64,000 bases of DNA from Sarea resinae (lineage: Eukaryota), in the NCBI GenBank assembly GCA_026026165.1, contig JAPEUD010000006.1, forward strand, positions 124,001 to 188,000. Reading direction: 5' to 3'. The position numbers and the translations under genes are program-made. Within the stretch, counting starts at the first letter, position 1. Every line of letters starts with the position of its first letter. Below the pieces are notes generated by a model that had not been told where the DNA came from, did not search any database, and saw only the letters and a program-made list of their open reading frames with translations. Shown one piece after another: positions 25,253-37,083 of the stretch.

Positions 25253-27259
25253 ATGGTGATGGGCATGACCCATAAAGCCCGCCAGCATCACGATGATGCG
25301 CGGCTGGGTGACGAACAACTTCAACCGTTGACCGCCGACTGGTCTGACCAGGAGCACGCGAGCTCTGATGATGATAATATGAAGCTGTCGACGCAGAGAA
25401 ACGATGAATCGGCAGACGGGGTTGTAGTTGAGGTGGCACCAACCTCAGAGCAGCCGCCAGCATACGAAGACTTCGATGGGCAAGGGAGATTGATCGAGTA
25501 CCGAGTCTATCGGCAGCGGTGGTTTGGACTGATACAGCTCTCGCTCTTGAATATCATTGTCAGCTGGGATGTGCGTGACCGATCTTAGTGATCAAGACAT
25601 CAGTATATTAAAAGACTCAAGTTAACGTATATCATCTGAAAGTGGCTCTCCTTCGCTCCCGTGTCCGACATATCAGCCTCCTACTTCTCCGTCTCGGAGA
25701 CTGCCATCAACTGGCTCAGTACGGCCTTCCTCTTCGCCTTCTGCGTGTCAAGTCCGTGAGTCGTCTTTCATACCGATCTTTCATGCCGGTGCCCGCCTCA
25801 TTCAGCTCACTCAGTCTTCACTTAGAGCTGTGATATGGACGCTCAATAAAGGCGGCCCGAAGCCCGCCATCATAGTCGCCAGCGTTCTCATCCTCGCCGG
25901 CAACTGGATCCGTTATGCCGGGACGAGGAGCGGTCCTAATGGCCATTTCGGTGTCGTGATGCTAGGGCAAATATTGATTGGTCTAGCGCAGCCTTTTGTC
26001 CTATCTGCACCAACGCGCTACAGCGATCTTTGGTTCACGGATCAGGGTCGAATATCTGCGACGGCTCTGGCATCACTTGCGAATCCATTTGGTGGAGCGG
26101 TAAGCCAGGATCTCCAGAGGACCGCCATTGTATCTTCACCACTGACATCTCCTATCTTCAACAGCTCGGGCATTTGATTGATCCCTTCCTAGCCACCAAA
26201 GCAAAACATATCCCGAACATGGTTTTGTACGTTGCTATTATCGTATGTCCACTATGCCCTATCCACGCCTCCTATTTCCCAGTTTCTCGATTGACTCGAT
26301 CCTGAAAACACAGTCGAGCATCTCCACCCTGCCCAGCTTCTTCCTCGCATCCGCTCCTCCCACTCCGCCAAGCGCTTCCTCTCTCACTCCTAAGCCCCCT
26401 CTCAAAGCAGCGGTTCGCACGCTGCTCCGATCCGCCGATTTCTACCTCATATTCATTCCCGTAAGTTCTTTCCTTTTGCCCTACCAAACACCATGTATCC
26501 TATCTCCCCCCAACCAAACTCCACTGCGACATAGACTCAATCAAACTAAACCAATGCCCGCAGTTTGCAACCTACGTAACGCTTTTCAACACGCTGTCGA
26601 CGATCCTCGCACAGACCCTGACGCCATACAACTACAGCGCCCAAACAGCAGGCATAATAGGGGGTCTCCTAATTCTCACGGGTCTCGTCAGCGCCGCCAT
26701 CACCTCGCCCCTAGTAGACCACTACAAATCGCATCTGCTAGCCATCAAACTGCTCGTACCGCTGCTCGGGCTAACCTACATTCTCTTTCCGATCGCGCCA
26801 CCGACGCGCACGCTCGCGGCCCCGCTAACGCTCTCCTGCGCCCTGGGGGCCGCGTCCTTCAGCTTGGTCCCCGTCGCCCTCGAGTGGCTGGCCGAGTCCA
26901 CGTATCCACTCTCGCCCGAGGCAGGCAGCACCCTGTGTTGGGCAGGCGGCCAGTTCGGCGGCGCCGTGCTGGTGATCGCCATGGATGCACTCAAGGGCGT
27001 TGGGGGCCGGCCGAAGGGAAACATGCAGGCTGCGCTGTGGTTTATGGGCGCTCTTGCGATCGTCGTGGTGCCTGTGCCTGTATTCGGGTTGGGCAAGTGG
27101 GGTACTAGGGGGAAGGGCCGGCGGTGGGAGATTGAGAGGTCGAGCAGGGGCGCGGGTGGTAGTAGGAGTAGCAGTAGTGGTGCGAGTGGGAGTAGACGGG
27201 GAAGGGCCGGAGCATCTGGCATTAATCATGTTGATGATGGAGAGGATCGAGGCGTTTAG
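25253..27259 (+). CDS. MFS transporter, FLVCR/SLC49-like; exons 25253-25570, 25643-25755, 25826-26099, 26165-26242, 26314-26460, 26564-27259
   Basis: [60 protein letters not shown]; multiple TM helices; five GT-AG introns in phase. Confidence 0.88.
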
Positions 27260-28344
27260 GGTCTTTCATTCTTGGTTATTGGCGTCGGAAATAGACAATC
27301 CTGCTCGTTCCTCTTTCTTTCTTCTTCCTCTTCTCTACTCTCTCTTCGACCCTCATATCTGCGTGAGAGAAGCCGATGGTTTCGTCGATGCATAGATATC
27401 TATCACCTTGCTTTCCGGACATCGGTGACATCACCTCACTACGCCTCTACCTCCTTGAGCATGCTCTCTCTCTATCTACTTACTATCTCTAAACTACCAT
27501 AGATCCTCTGACCTACCTACCTCCCCATACCAATATAATTCGCAGCCATAAAACCGCAGGTATTATGTGCGTACGCTATCCTACTTACAGTAAGTCGAGC
27601 CGTATAAGAGAGGGTAAGGTAAGGTAAGTCAGGCAAGCCCAATAAAGCAAGAGCGAGCCCTGGTATTGTAAGTACCCTTAGTCTCGCAGCCCAGGGCAGT
27701 CTACCTTGTTTATTCACTCCCGGGCTACCTTTACTTTATATCCAGCTCCTCACCACTAGGTAGGCAAGTAAGCTTAGGTACCTTCTATCTAGGTATCTGT
27801 CGATCACTTTGAATGATTGTCTCTTGTATTTAATGCTTGCTTGAGGTGTACTACTTTTTTGATTGAATCGTTGTTTTGGTCGGGAGTGTGATTCTCTACC
27901 TACGACATCTACTCTACTCAAACTTAAAGGGCCTCACACCCTCGATCCAACCACCACTTGATCTGCATCTACATCCACCGCCTATGATCGAAATTCTGTT
28001 CTCTGCAATGCTACTCTTCCTTCCCTCCCTTCTCACTCCCTCCCGCACAAATCCAAAGCTCGAGAAAAGAGAATATCACGTGTTATCATGGGAGCGGGAG
28101 TGATGGAGGGAAAGCGAAGGAATCAAGGTATGTTTAGGTGAGAGAAACGAGTAGTGCAAAAGTTCGGCATGGAAGATGACGGTCTCTTAACACCTTTCTT
28201 TGATGCTGTTGAGGGCGGAATCATGAATGGGAAGTCTGTTCGTTGATGGAAGGATTGTTGACTCTTGCGTGTCTTACAGATATCTAGGAAATAGGCTTGA
28301 GAACGCGATTAGCTACGACTGAAAGGGTGACGCGATACCTCATC

Positions 28345-29346
28345 TCAGCCCGCCTTCGCGGCCTTCTTCAATCTCTGCCGATCGCCAAGTGCATAGACCC
28401 ATTCCGCGACGAACTTGTACAGAAACAAAGTTATCAGCCATAGCACTAATATCAGCACCAATCCCAAGCAGGCGACACTAAACCATCGACATAGTCCCCA
28501 ATATCGCCGCCATTGATCCGACGTCTTCAGTGCTTCTATTGCCATTCCCACCTGCATTGCGCTGAGCACGAGTGACAAGATGGCGAAAGCGAACAGAATC
28601 GGACCATAGAATGAAGCAAAATAATCGCTGTACTGCGCACTGATCCGATGGAAGTTAAATTTCCCAAGAAATATCTTGGAATAGAAATTCAGTCGCGTGA
28701 GGCGAACTTCGCCATAAGCGTAACGCCCGGAGACCTCGCTGTCAAGGATGTTTCCCAGATGGGCGGCAAAGTCGCAGAATTCGAGATAGGTTATGCCTGC
28801 AGGAACGAGTTGAACATCGGCATTTATGGCGATCCGGAAATCGGACTCGTATCTTATGAGGTGGTAATAGGTTCGCAGAAACCCAAGGGCTGCTTTTCGA
28901 AGATTTTCCTGTTCCAAGGATGCGCGAAAATCAATTGAAAGGTAGGCCTGCCAGAATTTGTGGGAGAGGAGGTATTTCGGAAGTGGCTTGATGAAGATGC
29001 GATCATGGTACCAGACTATGTGGAGTCTTGGATCCTCGGTCACAATGATCTCGCGATTTTTCACCTTTTGACGATGCAAAGGTGAAACATTTGCGCTGTC
29101 TTGCTTCGACATCATCCATAAATGACTGGCAAGTTCTTCGAAGTCTTTGAGGAGGAACTCTCTGCGAAGGTAATCCGTCACCGCTGCCGGATCGTTCATA
29201 TGGATTCGTGGCTGCCCTGGTAGACGCAACGGACCTTCTTTCCCTGTGCATGGCGCTTGCAGTGAGTCAAGTTCATAGTTGAGTTGGTGCTCGAGGGGAA
29301 ATGGAGCTCGCTGCATTGGGATGTTGCCGGGAGCAGGAATGACCAT
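28345..29346 (-). CDS. DUF6601-like fungal protein with two C-terminal TM helices
   Basis: PLHRQ..REIIVTEDPRLHIVW..RIFIKPLPKYLLS, ESDFRIA and RYAYGEVRLTRLN motifs (family recalled, not searched); hydrophobic segments ILFAFAILSLVLSAMQVGM and FSVACLGLVLILVLWLITLFL. Confidence 0.75.
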   Translation of the reverse strand: MVIPAPGNIPMQRAPFPLEHQLNYELDSLQAPCTGKEGPLRLPGQPRIHMNDPAAVTDYLRREFLLKDFEELASHLWMMSKQDSANVSPLHRQKVKNREIIVTEDPRLHIVWYHDRIFIKPLPKYLLSHKFWQAYLSIDFRASLEQENLRKAALGFLRTYYHLIRYESDFRIAINADVQLVPAGITYLEFCDFAAHLGNILDSEVSGRYAYGEVRLTRLNFYSKIFLGKFNFHRISAQYSDYFASFYGPILFAFAILSLVLSAMQVGMAIEALKTSDQWRRYWGLCRWFSVACLGLVLILVLWLITLFLYKFVAEWVYALGDRQRLKKAAKAG

Positions 29347-29810
29347 TGAGGCGCACCTTCATGGGGACTGGGGTTGCAATGATTTAAATGAAGCATCATG
29401 AGAGTTCCGAGATGATAATTCCATCAAATTGACCTGGCTGATGAGGGCTGTGTGGTCGAAGCACAACCAATTGGCTGAGGGCGAGGTTCTTTGCTATGTG
29501 CAAGTGTACGGCACAGGAACAATATGGTATGTTCTTCCACCTTTACAGACGATAACCTCTCGATATCCGGGATCTTGATCCAATCACTTGCAAAGTAGTA
29601 CGAAGTACAAAACATGGATATGATCCTCCAAGAAGTGGCGGTGTTGCTGTACATAGCGCGCGGCTGAAACGATCTCAGGCGTCAATCTTGGACATCCTTT
29701 TCTTTACGCAGTACTGCATTATATACGATCCGCCCTCACTCTCGAACTCTTACTTCGCAACATGATCTTGTAGCAATCTGGTCTGCAGATATGTGCGCGC
29801 ATTTCATTCC

Positions 29811-32800
29811 ATGTCTTCCGTTCTGACCTTCGCTCATTGGAAAGCTTCTCTCTTGATTGCTGCGGTTACCCTGTTGCTATGGAACACTGCATCGGCACTT
29901 CAACAGCCTCGTCGTCCGCTAGACTCAAAGTCTCCTTCCAGCAGCACAAGTGCGGCAAGGCGCAGTATATACAAGCTAAAGACTTTTCGTATCTCGCGCA
30001 TTCCAAGGGATGTCACTCTCGAAGAACTGCGGGAATGGCTGGAGAAATCACCTACGGAACCGGACACAGTCTCCCAGAGCGACTTCACTGTCCACAAACC
30101 CAGCATCATCAAAGTGTCCCTCGCCCCGGTTGACTCGAGGTTTGCGCAGGCAGTCGTCACAACGGACCGAGACTTACTCCAAGATGGCCAATCGCAGGAC
30201 ATGCAGGGTCCTCGGGGTTGCGAGCTTACCATTGATGATCATTTCGAAGGCATGACGGTCCTGTCCACCGATGACACTGCCGATAGTCCGGACAGTATTG
30301 CTGCAGAGTAAGGGATCTATCTCTTCTTAAAGTCAGATATTATACTAAAATGAATCAAAGTATCATTGCCGTTCATGGCCTCGGTGGCCATGCTGTAGGA
30401 AGCTGGACATCACGTCAAAATTCCAAGTTCTGGCTACTTGATTTCTTGCGCCAAGATGTCGAGAGAGCTCGGATTTTGACATATGGGTACAACACAAAAT
30501 TACACATTCGCGATGGGGATAAACATCATGACAAGAAGACGATCGATAGCCTCGCCTGGTTATTGTTGGAAAAAACCTTTCTCATTCGAAACAATGAAAG
30601 GGCACGTGGCCTTCTTGTCTTTCTTCTCTAGCAAGCAATTCCCTTACACAGATATAGTGCCAAGAACGACCAATCATTTTCATGGGACATAGCCTGGGTG
30701 GCCTCATTATTAAAAAGGTGATACTTCTGGATCTATTTTCGCGTTTTCCGATTCCAATATCGTGCTCATTATCTGTTTCTCTGTCAGGCCCTTGTTTTAG
30801 CTTCGCAACCCCCACTCAATGAGCAGTGGCGAAATACCCTCGACAAGTGTCAGAGCTTGGTCTTCTTTGGTGTCCCAAATCTTGGCATGTCATTTCCAGA
30901 ACTCGGCAGAATGGTAGAGGGCAAAGAAAGTGAACAGCTCGTTCGTGATCTGCTGGTTGATGCGGATCATGACCCGCATCCTCTTCTCAATCAATTGAAT
31001 GAGGATTTTGTCAATCATGTCATCAGAAACCGAGAGCTCGACATACTCTGTTTCTGTGAAACAAAGCGGTCTCCGCCTCTATTGGACGAGGTAATATGAC
31101 TGGGAGAACTTCGGCTGAAGCATGAGCTAACCTACAGTAGGGAAGTACGCTCGGAGATCACAAATGGACTCTCTTAGTGAATCGGACCTCAGCAGCATAC
31201 AGTGGGCTAACGGGCAGGTCTTATTTCTTACACGACCTTGAAGGCGATCATCGATCAATGGTCAAGTTTTCAGACAGGACCAGAAGCGGATATCAAAGTG
31301 TTAGCGGAAATGTCAATGAGTTTGTCCAGCGTGCAGTGAAAGAGCGGGCTGGAAAGATAGAAGAAAGAAATAAAGGCGCGTCCTTACAAAGCTGTAGACT
31401 TTAAATGAATCTGACCAAGACCGCAGAGATCCTAATTGCGAAAAACGAATTAAACCCTGGAGATCAATGTGAGAATTTCCTTCTTTGTCATTTTGTCACA
31501 GATTACTGATGAGAAGTCCAGCTTGTCTTCAATCTCTGGGGTTTCCCGAGATGAGTGACCGTCGAAACGATGCAAAAAAAGCCCAGGAGGGTACATGCGA
31601 ATGGCTCCTTCGAAATGAAAATTATACAGAATGGATAAGCCGAGAACGTGAGCTTCTTTGGGTTATGGGGGTTCCAGGATCTGGAAAGTCAACTATCATG
31701 GAATACCTTTATCAACACTTACAAAAATTGCCCGTGACAGAGCACGACTTGCGTCTGGACTTTTTCTTCCATAGAAGAGGCACAGGATTGCAGAAGACTA
31801 TGATTGGGATGCTGCGATCACTTTTATACCAATTGTATAAAGAGGACTCGTCGGTGCGAGAACCGATACTGAATGCCTTTCGGGAGAGACAGCTATTCGG
31901 TGAGGCTGGAAAAACGTGGCAGTGGCAGATCTCAAAGCTAGAAGAATTGCTTTCCAATGCTGTCATCAGCGCAGCAAGTTCACGGCCATTACTCATCTTT
32001 GTGGACGCTCTCGATGAAGCCGGTGAAGATGGTGCCAGAGAAGTCGTTTCTTTTTTCCACCGTCTGAATGACCGGCTCGCTCGTTCAAATGGCACAGTAA
32101 AGATCTGTATCTCCTGTCGGCACTACCCAGTCGTGGCTACCGTTCCTGGTCTCCATGTATGCGTTGAAGATCACAATAGCAAAGATATCCTCTCCTTTGT
32201 TCGGGAAAAACTCGGCACAAATATTCAGGTCGGGACCCTGTCAACAGAATCGTTGCAAATTCTCGAAAAACATATTGTGGACAAGGCCTCCCCGGTGTTC
32301 CAGTGGGCTAGCCTAGTCTTGCCTCTGGTCTCTCAGAAAGCCAACGATGGGGAGTCATTCGAAGATATTATGGCAATGTTAGCAGAGGTACCAAAGGGAT
32401 TAGATGAAGTCTATGAACACATCCTGACGAGTGTGATCAAGCCTCAACATCGAGTAAAATCATTGCACTTGATGCAATGGATTTGTCTTGCCGAAAGGCC
32501 CTTGTCCCCGACTGAGTTGCGCCATGCCATAGCATGTGACGATGCATATATCCATCCTTCACGATTGAAATGCTCAGACGCGAAGGGTTTTGTTGAGTCG
32601 GATAGCCGCATGGAAATATTGACGAAGAGTTTATCTGGTGGCCTTGCTGAAGTCAAGCATCACGAGCAAGGCAATACAGTCCAGTTTGTCCACCAATCCG
32701 TTAATGACTTTCTGCTGAACACCGGCCTTGGATTCCTGATGTCGTTTTCGCCCGAAGCTTCCAATCAACCACTCAATCCTTCTCCTGATCTTGTCATTGG

Positions 32801-34964
32801 CATCAGTCAGCATCGACTATCTAGGTCGTGTATCAACTATTTGCGATTAGACGAAGTGATTCTTGCAGAGAGCAAAGACGAATACACATTTTGTGCAGAG
32901 GAGAGCAAAGACGAATACATGTTTCGTACAGAGGAGAATAAAGACGAATACTTGTTTCGTACAGAGAACAAATTCCGGGACAAATTACGACACGAATTGC
33001 CGTTCATCGACTACGCAGCCGCATCATGTTTTGTTCATGCAGGCAAGGCTGAAAGCCACGAGATTTCACAAGAGTACCTCGCACAAGTATTCGGTTCAGC
33101 CTCAGGAAAGATCTTCAAGAGCTGGATTGAGATTTGTGATGTTCTTCGACTTTGGTACTATAATGTCAAAGTTCCCGAAAAGGGGTCAACCCTACTTCAT
33201 ATTGCCTCTACTCACAATCTTCAAAGCACCGTACGAGTCCTTCTAGAGAATGACACAAATATAGAGGCCGAAGACGTTTTTGGGAACAGACCGCTACATT
33301 TTGCCTCGCAATGGGGTTTTGGCAAGTTGGTAGATATGTTCCTGGGAGCGAAAGCTGAGATAGGAGCAAAAAGAAATGACCAGAATACTGCCTTGCAGCT
33401 TGCAGCTGCGAACGGGCATGAAGAGATCGTGAAAAGACTACTGAGATATGGGGCTGATGTCAACGAAAGCACCGGCGAAACTGGAAATGCCTTACAAGCG
33501 GCGGCTTACAAAGGTAGCAAGATGTTGGTCCAGATTTTACTGAATAATGGCGCTGAAGTCAATGCACAAGGCGGCGCCTATGGCAACGCTCTGCAGGCAG
33601 CTTCAGCAACTGGGCAGGATGCAGTTGTGCAGTTGCTACTTGAGAAGGACGCTAAAGTTAATGTGCAGGGAGGCAACTATGGCAGCGCGCTGCAGGCAGC
33701 CATATACAACAGACACAGGGGAATAGTGCAGCTGCTGCTTAAAAAGGGCGCTGACGTTAATGCGCAGAGAGGAAAATATGGTAACGCGCTGCAGACAGCC
33801 TCAGGGGCAGGAGACAAGGCAATTGTGCAGCTGCTGCTTAAGGAGGGCGCCGAAGTCAATGCGCAGGGAGACTACTACTACGGCAATGCGCTGCAGGCAG
33901 CCTCAGTAGCAGGAGACAAGGCAATTGTGCAGCTGCTGCTTAAGGAGGGCGCCGAAGTAAATGCGCAGGGAGGCTACTACGGCAACGCGCTACAGGCAGC
34001 CTCATACTCTGGAAACAAGGCCGTTGTACAGCAGCTACTTGAAAAGGGCGCTAGAGTTAATGCGCAGGGAGGTGAGCATGGAAACGCGCTGCAGGCAGCC
34101 TCATATAAAGGAAATAAGGAAATGGTGCAACTGCTGCTTGAGCAGGGCGCTAAAGTCAATGCGCAGGGAGGCTACTGCGGCAACGCGCTGCAGGCAGCGA
34201 TAACTGAGGGACATGAGGAATTAGTGCCGCTACTGCTTCAGGAGGGCGCTGAAGTCAATGCGCAGGGAGGCTACTATGGTAACGCATTACAGGCAGCCTT
34301 ATGTAATGGAAGCAAGGAAGTAGTGCTGCTGCTGCTTGAGGAAGGCGCTGAAGTCAATGCACAGGGAGGCCTCTATGGCAACGCGCTACAAGCAGCCTCA
34401 TCTAAAGGAAATAAGGAAATGGTGCGGCTGCTGCTTGAGCAGGGCGCTAAAGTCAATGCGCAGGGAGGCAAGTATAGCAACGCGCTGCAAGCAACCTTAT
34501 ACTCAGGAAACAAGGCAGTTGTGCAGCTACTCCTTAAGGAGGGCGCTGAAGTCAATTTGCAAGGAGGCGAGTATGGCAACGCGCTTCAGGCAGCCTCATA
34601 CAGAGGAGATAAGGTAGTAGTGCAGCTGCTACTTGAGAACGGCGCTAAAGTCAATGCGCAGGGAGGTAAGTATGGCAACGCGCTGCAGGCAGCCTCCTTA
34701 TCTTATAGAAATATAGAAGTAGTGAGGCTACTGCTTGAGAAGGGTGCTGAAGTCAATGCGCAGGGAGGCGAATATGGCAACGCGTTGCAGGCAGCCTCCT
34801 CATCTAATAGAAATATAGAAGTAGTGAGGATACTGCTTGAGAAGGGCGCTGAAGTCAATGCGCAGGGAGGCGAATATGGCAACGCGCTGCAGGCAGCTTC
34901 ATTTTGGAAACAGAATGCAATTGTGCAGTTGCTGCTTGAGAAGGGCGCTGGAGTCAATGCCTAA
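29811..34964 (+). CDS. Fungal NLR-like protein: SesB/lipase-like alpha/beta-hydrolase + NACHT + ~18 ankyrin repeats; proposed exons 29811-30307, 30361-30601, 30658-30717, 30788-31090, 31141-31375, 31427-31468, 31522-34964
   Basis: IIAVHGLGGH, RILTYGY, GHSLGG nucleophile elbow, FFGVPN, DHRSMVKF; Walker A GVPGSGKST; Walker B IFVDALDE; FVHQSVNDFL; GNALQAAS ankyrin repeats. Two donors are inferred as GC. Confidence 0.9.
32868..32969 (+). repeat. 33-nt in-frame tandem repeat x3 (ESKDEYTFCAE/ESKDEYMFRTE/ENKDEYLFRTE)
   Basis: Read directly from sequence. Confidence 0.9.
33180..34964 (+). repeat. Ankyrin array of ~99-nt units; 18 repeats, the last ~15 highly similar
   Basis: Recurring GTCAATGCGCAGGGAGGC..TATGGCAACGCGCTGCAGGCAGCC units. 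Confidence 0.95.
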
Positions 34965-35195
34965 GGTGGCCGGTATAGTACGCCAATGCGCTGCAAGCAG
35001 ACTCAGAGCAGGGACATAAAGTGATTATGCAGCTGCTGCTTGAGAATGGTGCCGAAGTCGATGATCTTGCGCTGTGAGATGGCTAGGGCCAGAGGGGACG
35101 ACGACCTCGTGCAATTGCTTGAGAAGAGCGCTAATGCCGAGGCCGAGACAAAGGAAGACAAATCCAACGAGACGCATCAGCTATCTCCATACTGA
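34965..35195 (+). pseudogene. Decayed ankyrin repeats beyond the NLR stop codon
   Basis: After TAA: GGRYS, frameshift, NALQADSEQGHKVIMQLLLENGAEVDDLAL, frameshift, EMARARGDDDLVQLLEKSANA. Confidence 0.85.
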
Positions 35196-36387
35196 GAATG
35201 CTGGAAATTACCATCCTACGCGCACGGAACAGCATGGACATTCCTTTCCCAGGTCTGCTCTAAAACCGACAGCCTGGTGGACAGTGGAAGGATGCCGCAG
35301 TTTGAAAGCCCGTTCGTGTCATACTCGCTGTCCCCAGTTTCTTCTTATTAATCCATCGGCGGTGTTGTAGAGTAGAAATAGGTTTTCACTTTCATCCCTT
35401 GGATATACTGCAAAGGCGCCGTCCGCTGGTGTGATTTTGGAGGATGGATCGACATAGTGTAAAGTCAAATGAGCTGATGTGGATATCTCTAATGAGAGGC
35501 GAGACGAGGATATCCGAAGAGAAAGTAGAGGGTGGCGAAATGCCGGCCGGTATGAGCATATCATGTTGAATTCGGCAAGGGAGATGAGAATAAGAGTAAA
35601 GAAGACAAGGCGAAGAGAAGAAGGGAAGAAGCTGAGAGACTGGACGATGGAGAAGTTTGAGTGATTACTTGCTTACTGATGGCCTTTACGATCTTGTCGT
35701 CAATGGACCCCAGTCTGGGTGAGTAGAGTTGCTAGCCTCGCAAGGACACAAGGATGAAACCGGAGTTGGTCTTTCTTTGACTCCCGAGGGGGGAGTGATA
35801 TGCGGGTTTGGATACTGGTTGTTGATATAGGATAGTGGAATATGTTCACAGGCTCCGCCCTCTCCGAACTTTCGTTTTCTCTATCTTTTAGTCTTTCATA
35901 TTTTTCATTCTCTCCACACAAGTTTTCATGCCATGCATGCAGCGCAACCAATGCGGAAAGGCAGAGGGGGCGGTCGAGATCTAGGTAGTTATACGTACGT
36001 ACGTGTAGACAACGAGAAACATACAAAACAGACAAACGAGGAGCCAACTAAATTTACAGTGCAGAGAAACCCCTTGCGTTTCTTCTCTTTCCATTCCATT
36101 GGCCCATGCTTTCGTTTTCCTTCTCCATCCCTTTCTTCGGCCACCGCCTCACCACCGGTTTTCCGATATGTTCGCGGATGCTAGCTGTCAGACGTATATG
36201 TGCGCGAGAGAAAGAGGGAGGAGAGGATGACGTTTGCTTCCGCTGTAAAGGATTCGCGGGTCGACGGGTCTGAAAGAGCAGGATGGAAAACGGGGCGCAT
36301 GGGTAATCGAGGGACGGAGAGAGAGGGAGGATTTCCAGGTGGGAACATTGGACGAAGAGGTTCTCGGCGGTCGTTGGTATGGAGCGG

Positions 36388-37083
36388 CTACTTGAGCTGG
36401 GCCCAGAGCTTAGGCGCAGCGCATTGGGTAGCGCAGTGGGCGAGGTGGAAGACTGAAGACTACTGTTAGATAATGGCGTCCAACTTTGAAGAGCAATAGA
36501 CGACGAGAAGATCAAAAGCGAAAGAAAGCAGATGGGGGCCCTTACATTCTTCGACGCAGTCTTCCTTGGGGCCCTTGGAGTCGTCCGAGGCAGAGGTGAC
36601 GCGCTCGACGCACTCGTCGTAATGGTGCTTGAGTGGGGAGCAGGCTTTGGACTCGGCGCATTCTGTTTGTTCGGGCGAAAGTATCAGCCATTCGGATGAG
36701 ACGCATGACACAATGAAAACCGTAATGACAAGAGACTCCGGTTCAACCGCAGCGAGCTCAATTGGAACCACCCCCCATTCCTGAACCGACTCGAGTGACG
36801 ATAATTGACTCGTCATATGCGAGTACAGTGGGTGAAATGATATCGAGAACGGGACGGGCGAACGACAGAACTTACCTTCTTCTAACTTGGTCTTGGGATC
36901 CTCAGGCTCCTCCTCTTCCTCCTCTTCCTCCTCATCACCGCCCTCCTCGCCACCTTCCTCTTCCTTTTCTTCACCCTCGGCCGGGGCAGACTCGTCCTTC
37001 TCCTCCTCGGCGGGAGCCTCGGCGTGAACCTCGGTGAAGGAGAGCGACGAGTAGATGTCGGAGAAGAGGTCGGTGAGGCCCAT
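36388..37083 (-). CDS. QCR6: Cytochrome bc1 complex subunit 6 (hinge protein); exons 37083-36876, 36662-36546, 36452-36388
   Basis: Acidic N-terminus; DPKTKLEE|ECAESKACSPLKHHYDECVERV..EDCVEE|FFHLAHCATQCAAPKLWAQLK. Confidence 0.95.

Noticed and set aside
27480..27920. TpA-rich flank of the NLR block as a RIP-degraded transposon
   Set aside because: No terminal repeats, target-site duplication or transposase/RT remnant visible; similar TAGG/TACC tracts occur in other spacers.
33480..34964. Regular repeats with variable inserts, superficially CRISPR-like
   Set aside because: In-frame ~99-nt ankyrin codons within a eukaryotic gene; no cas genes.
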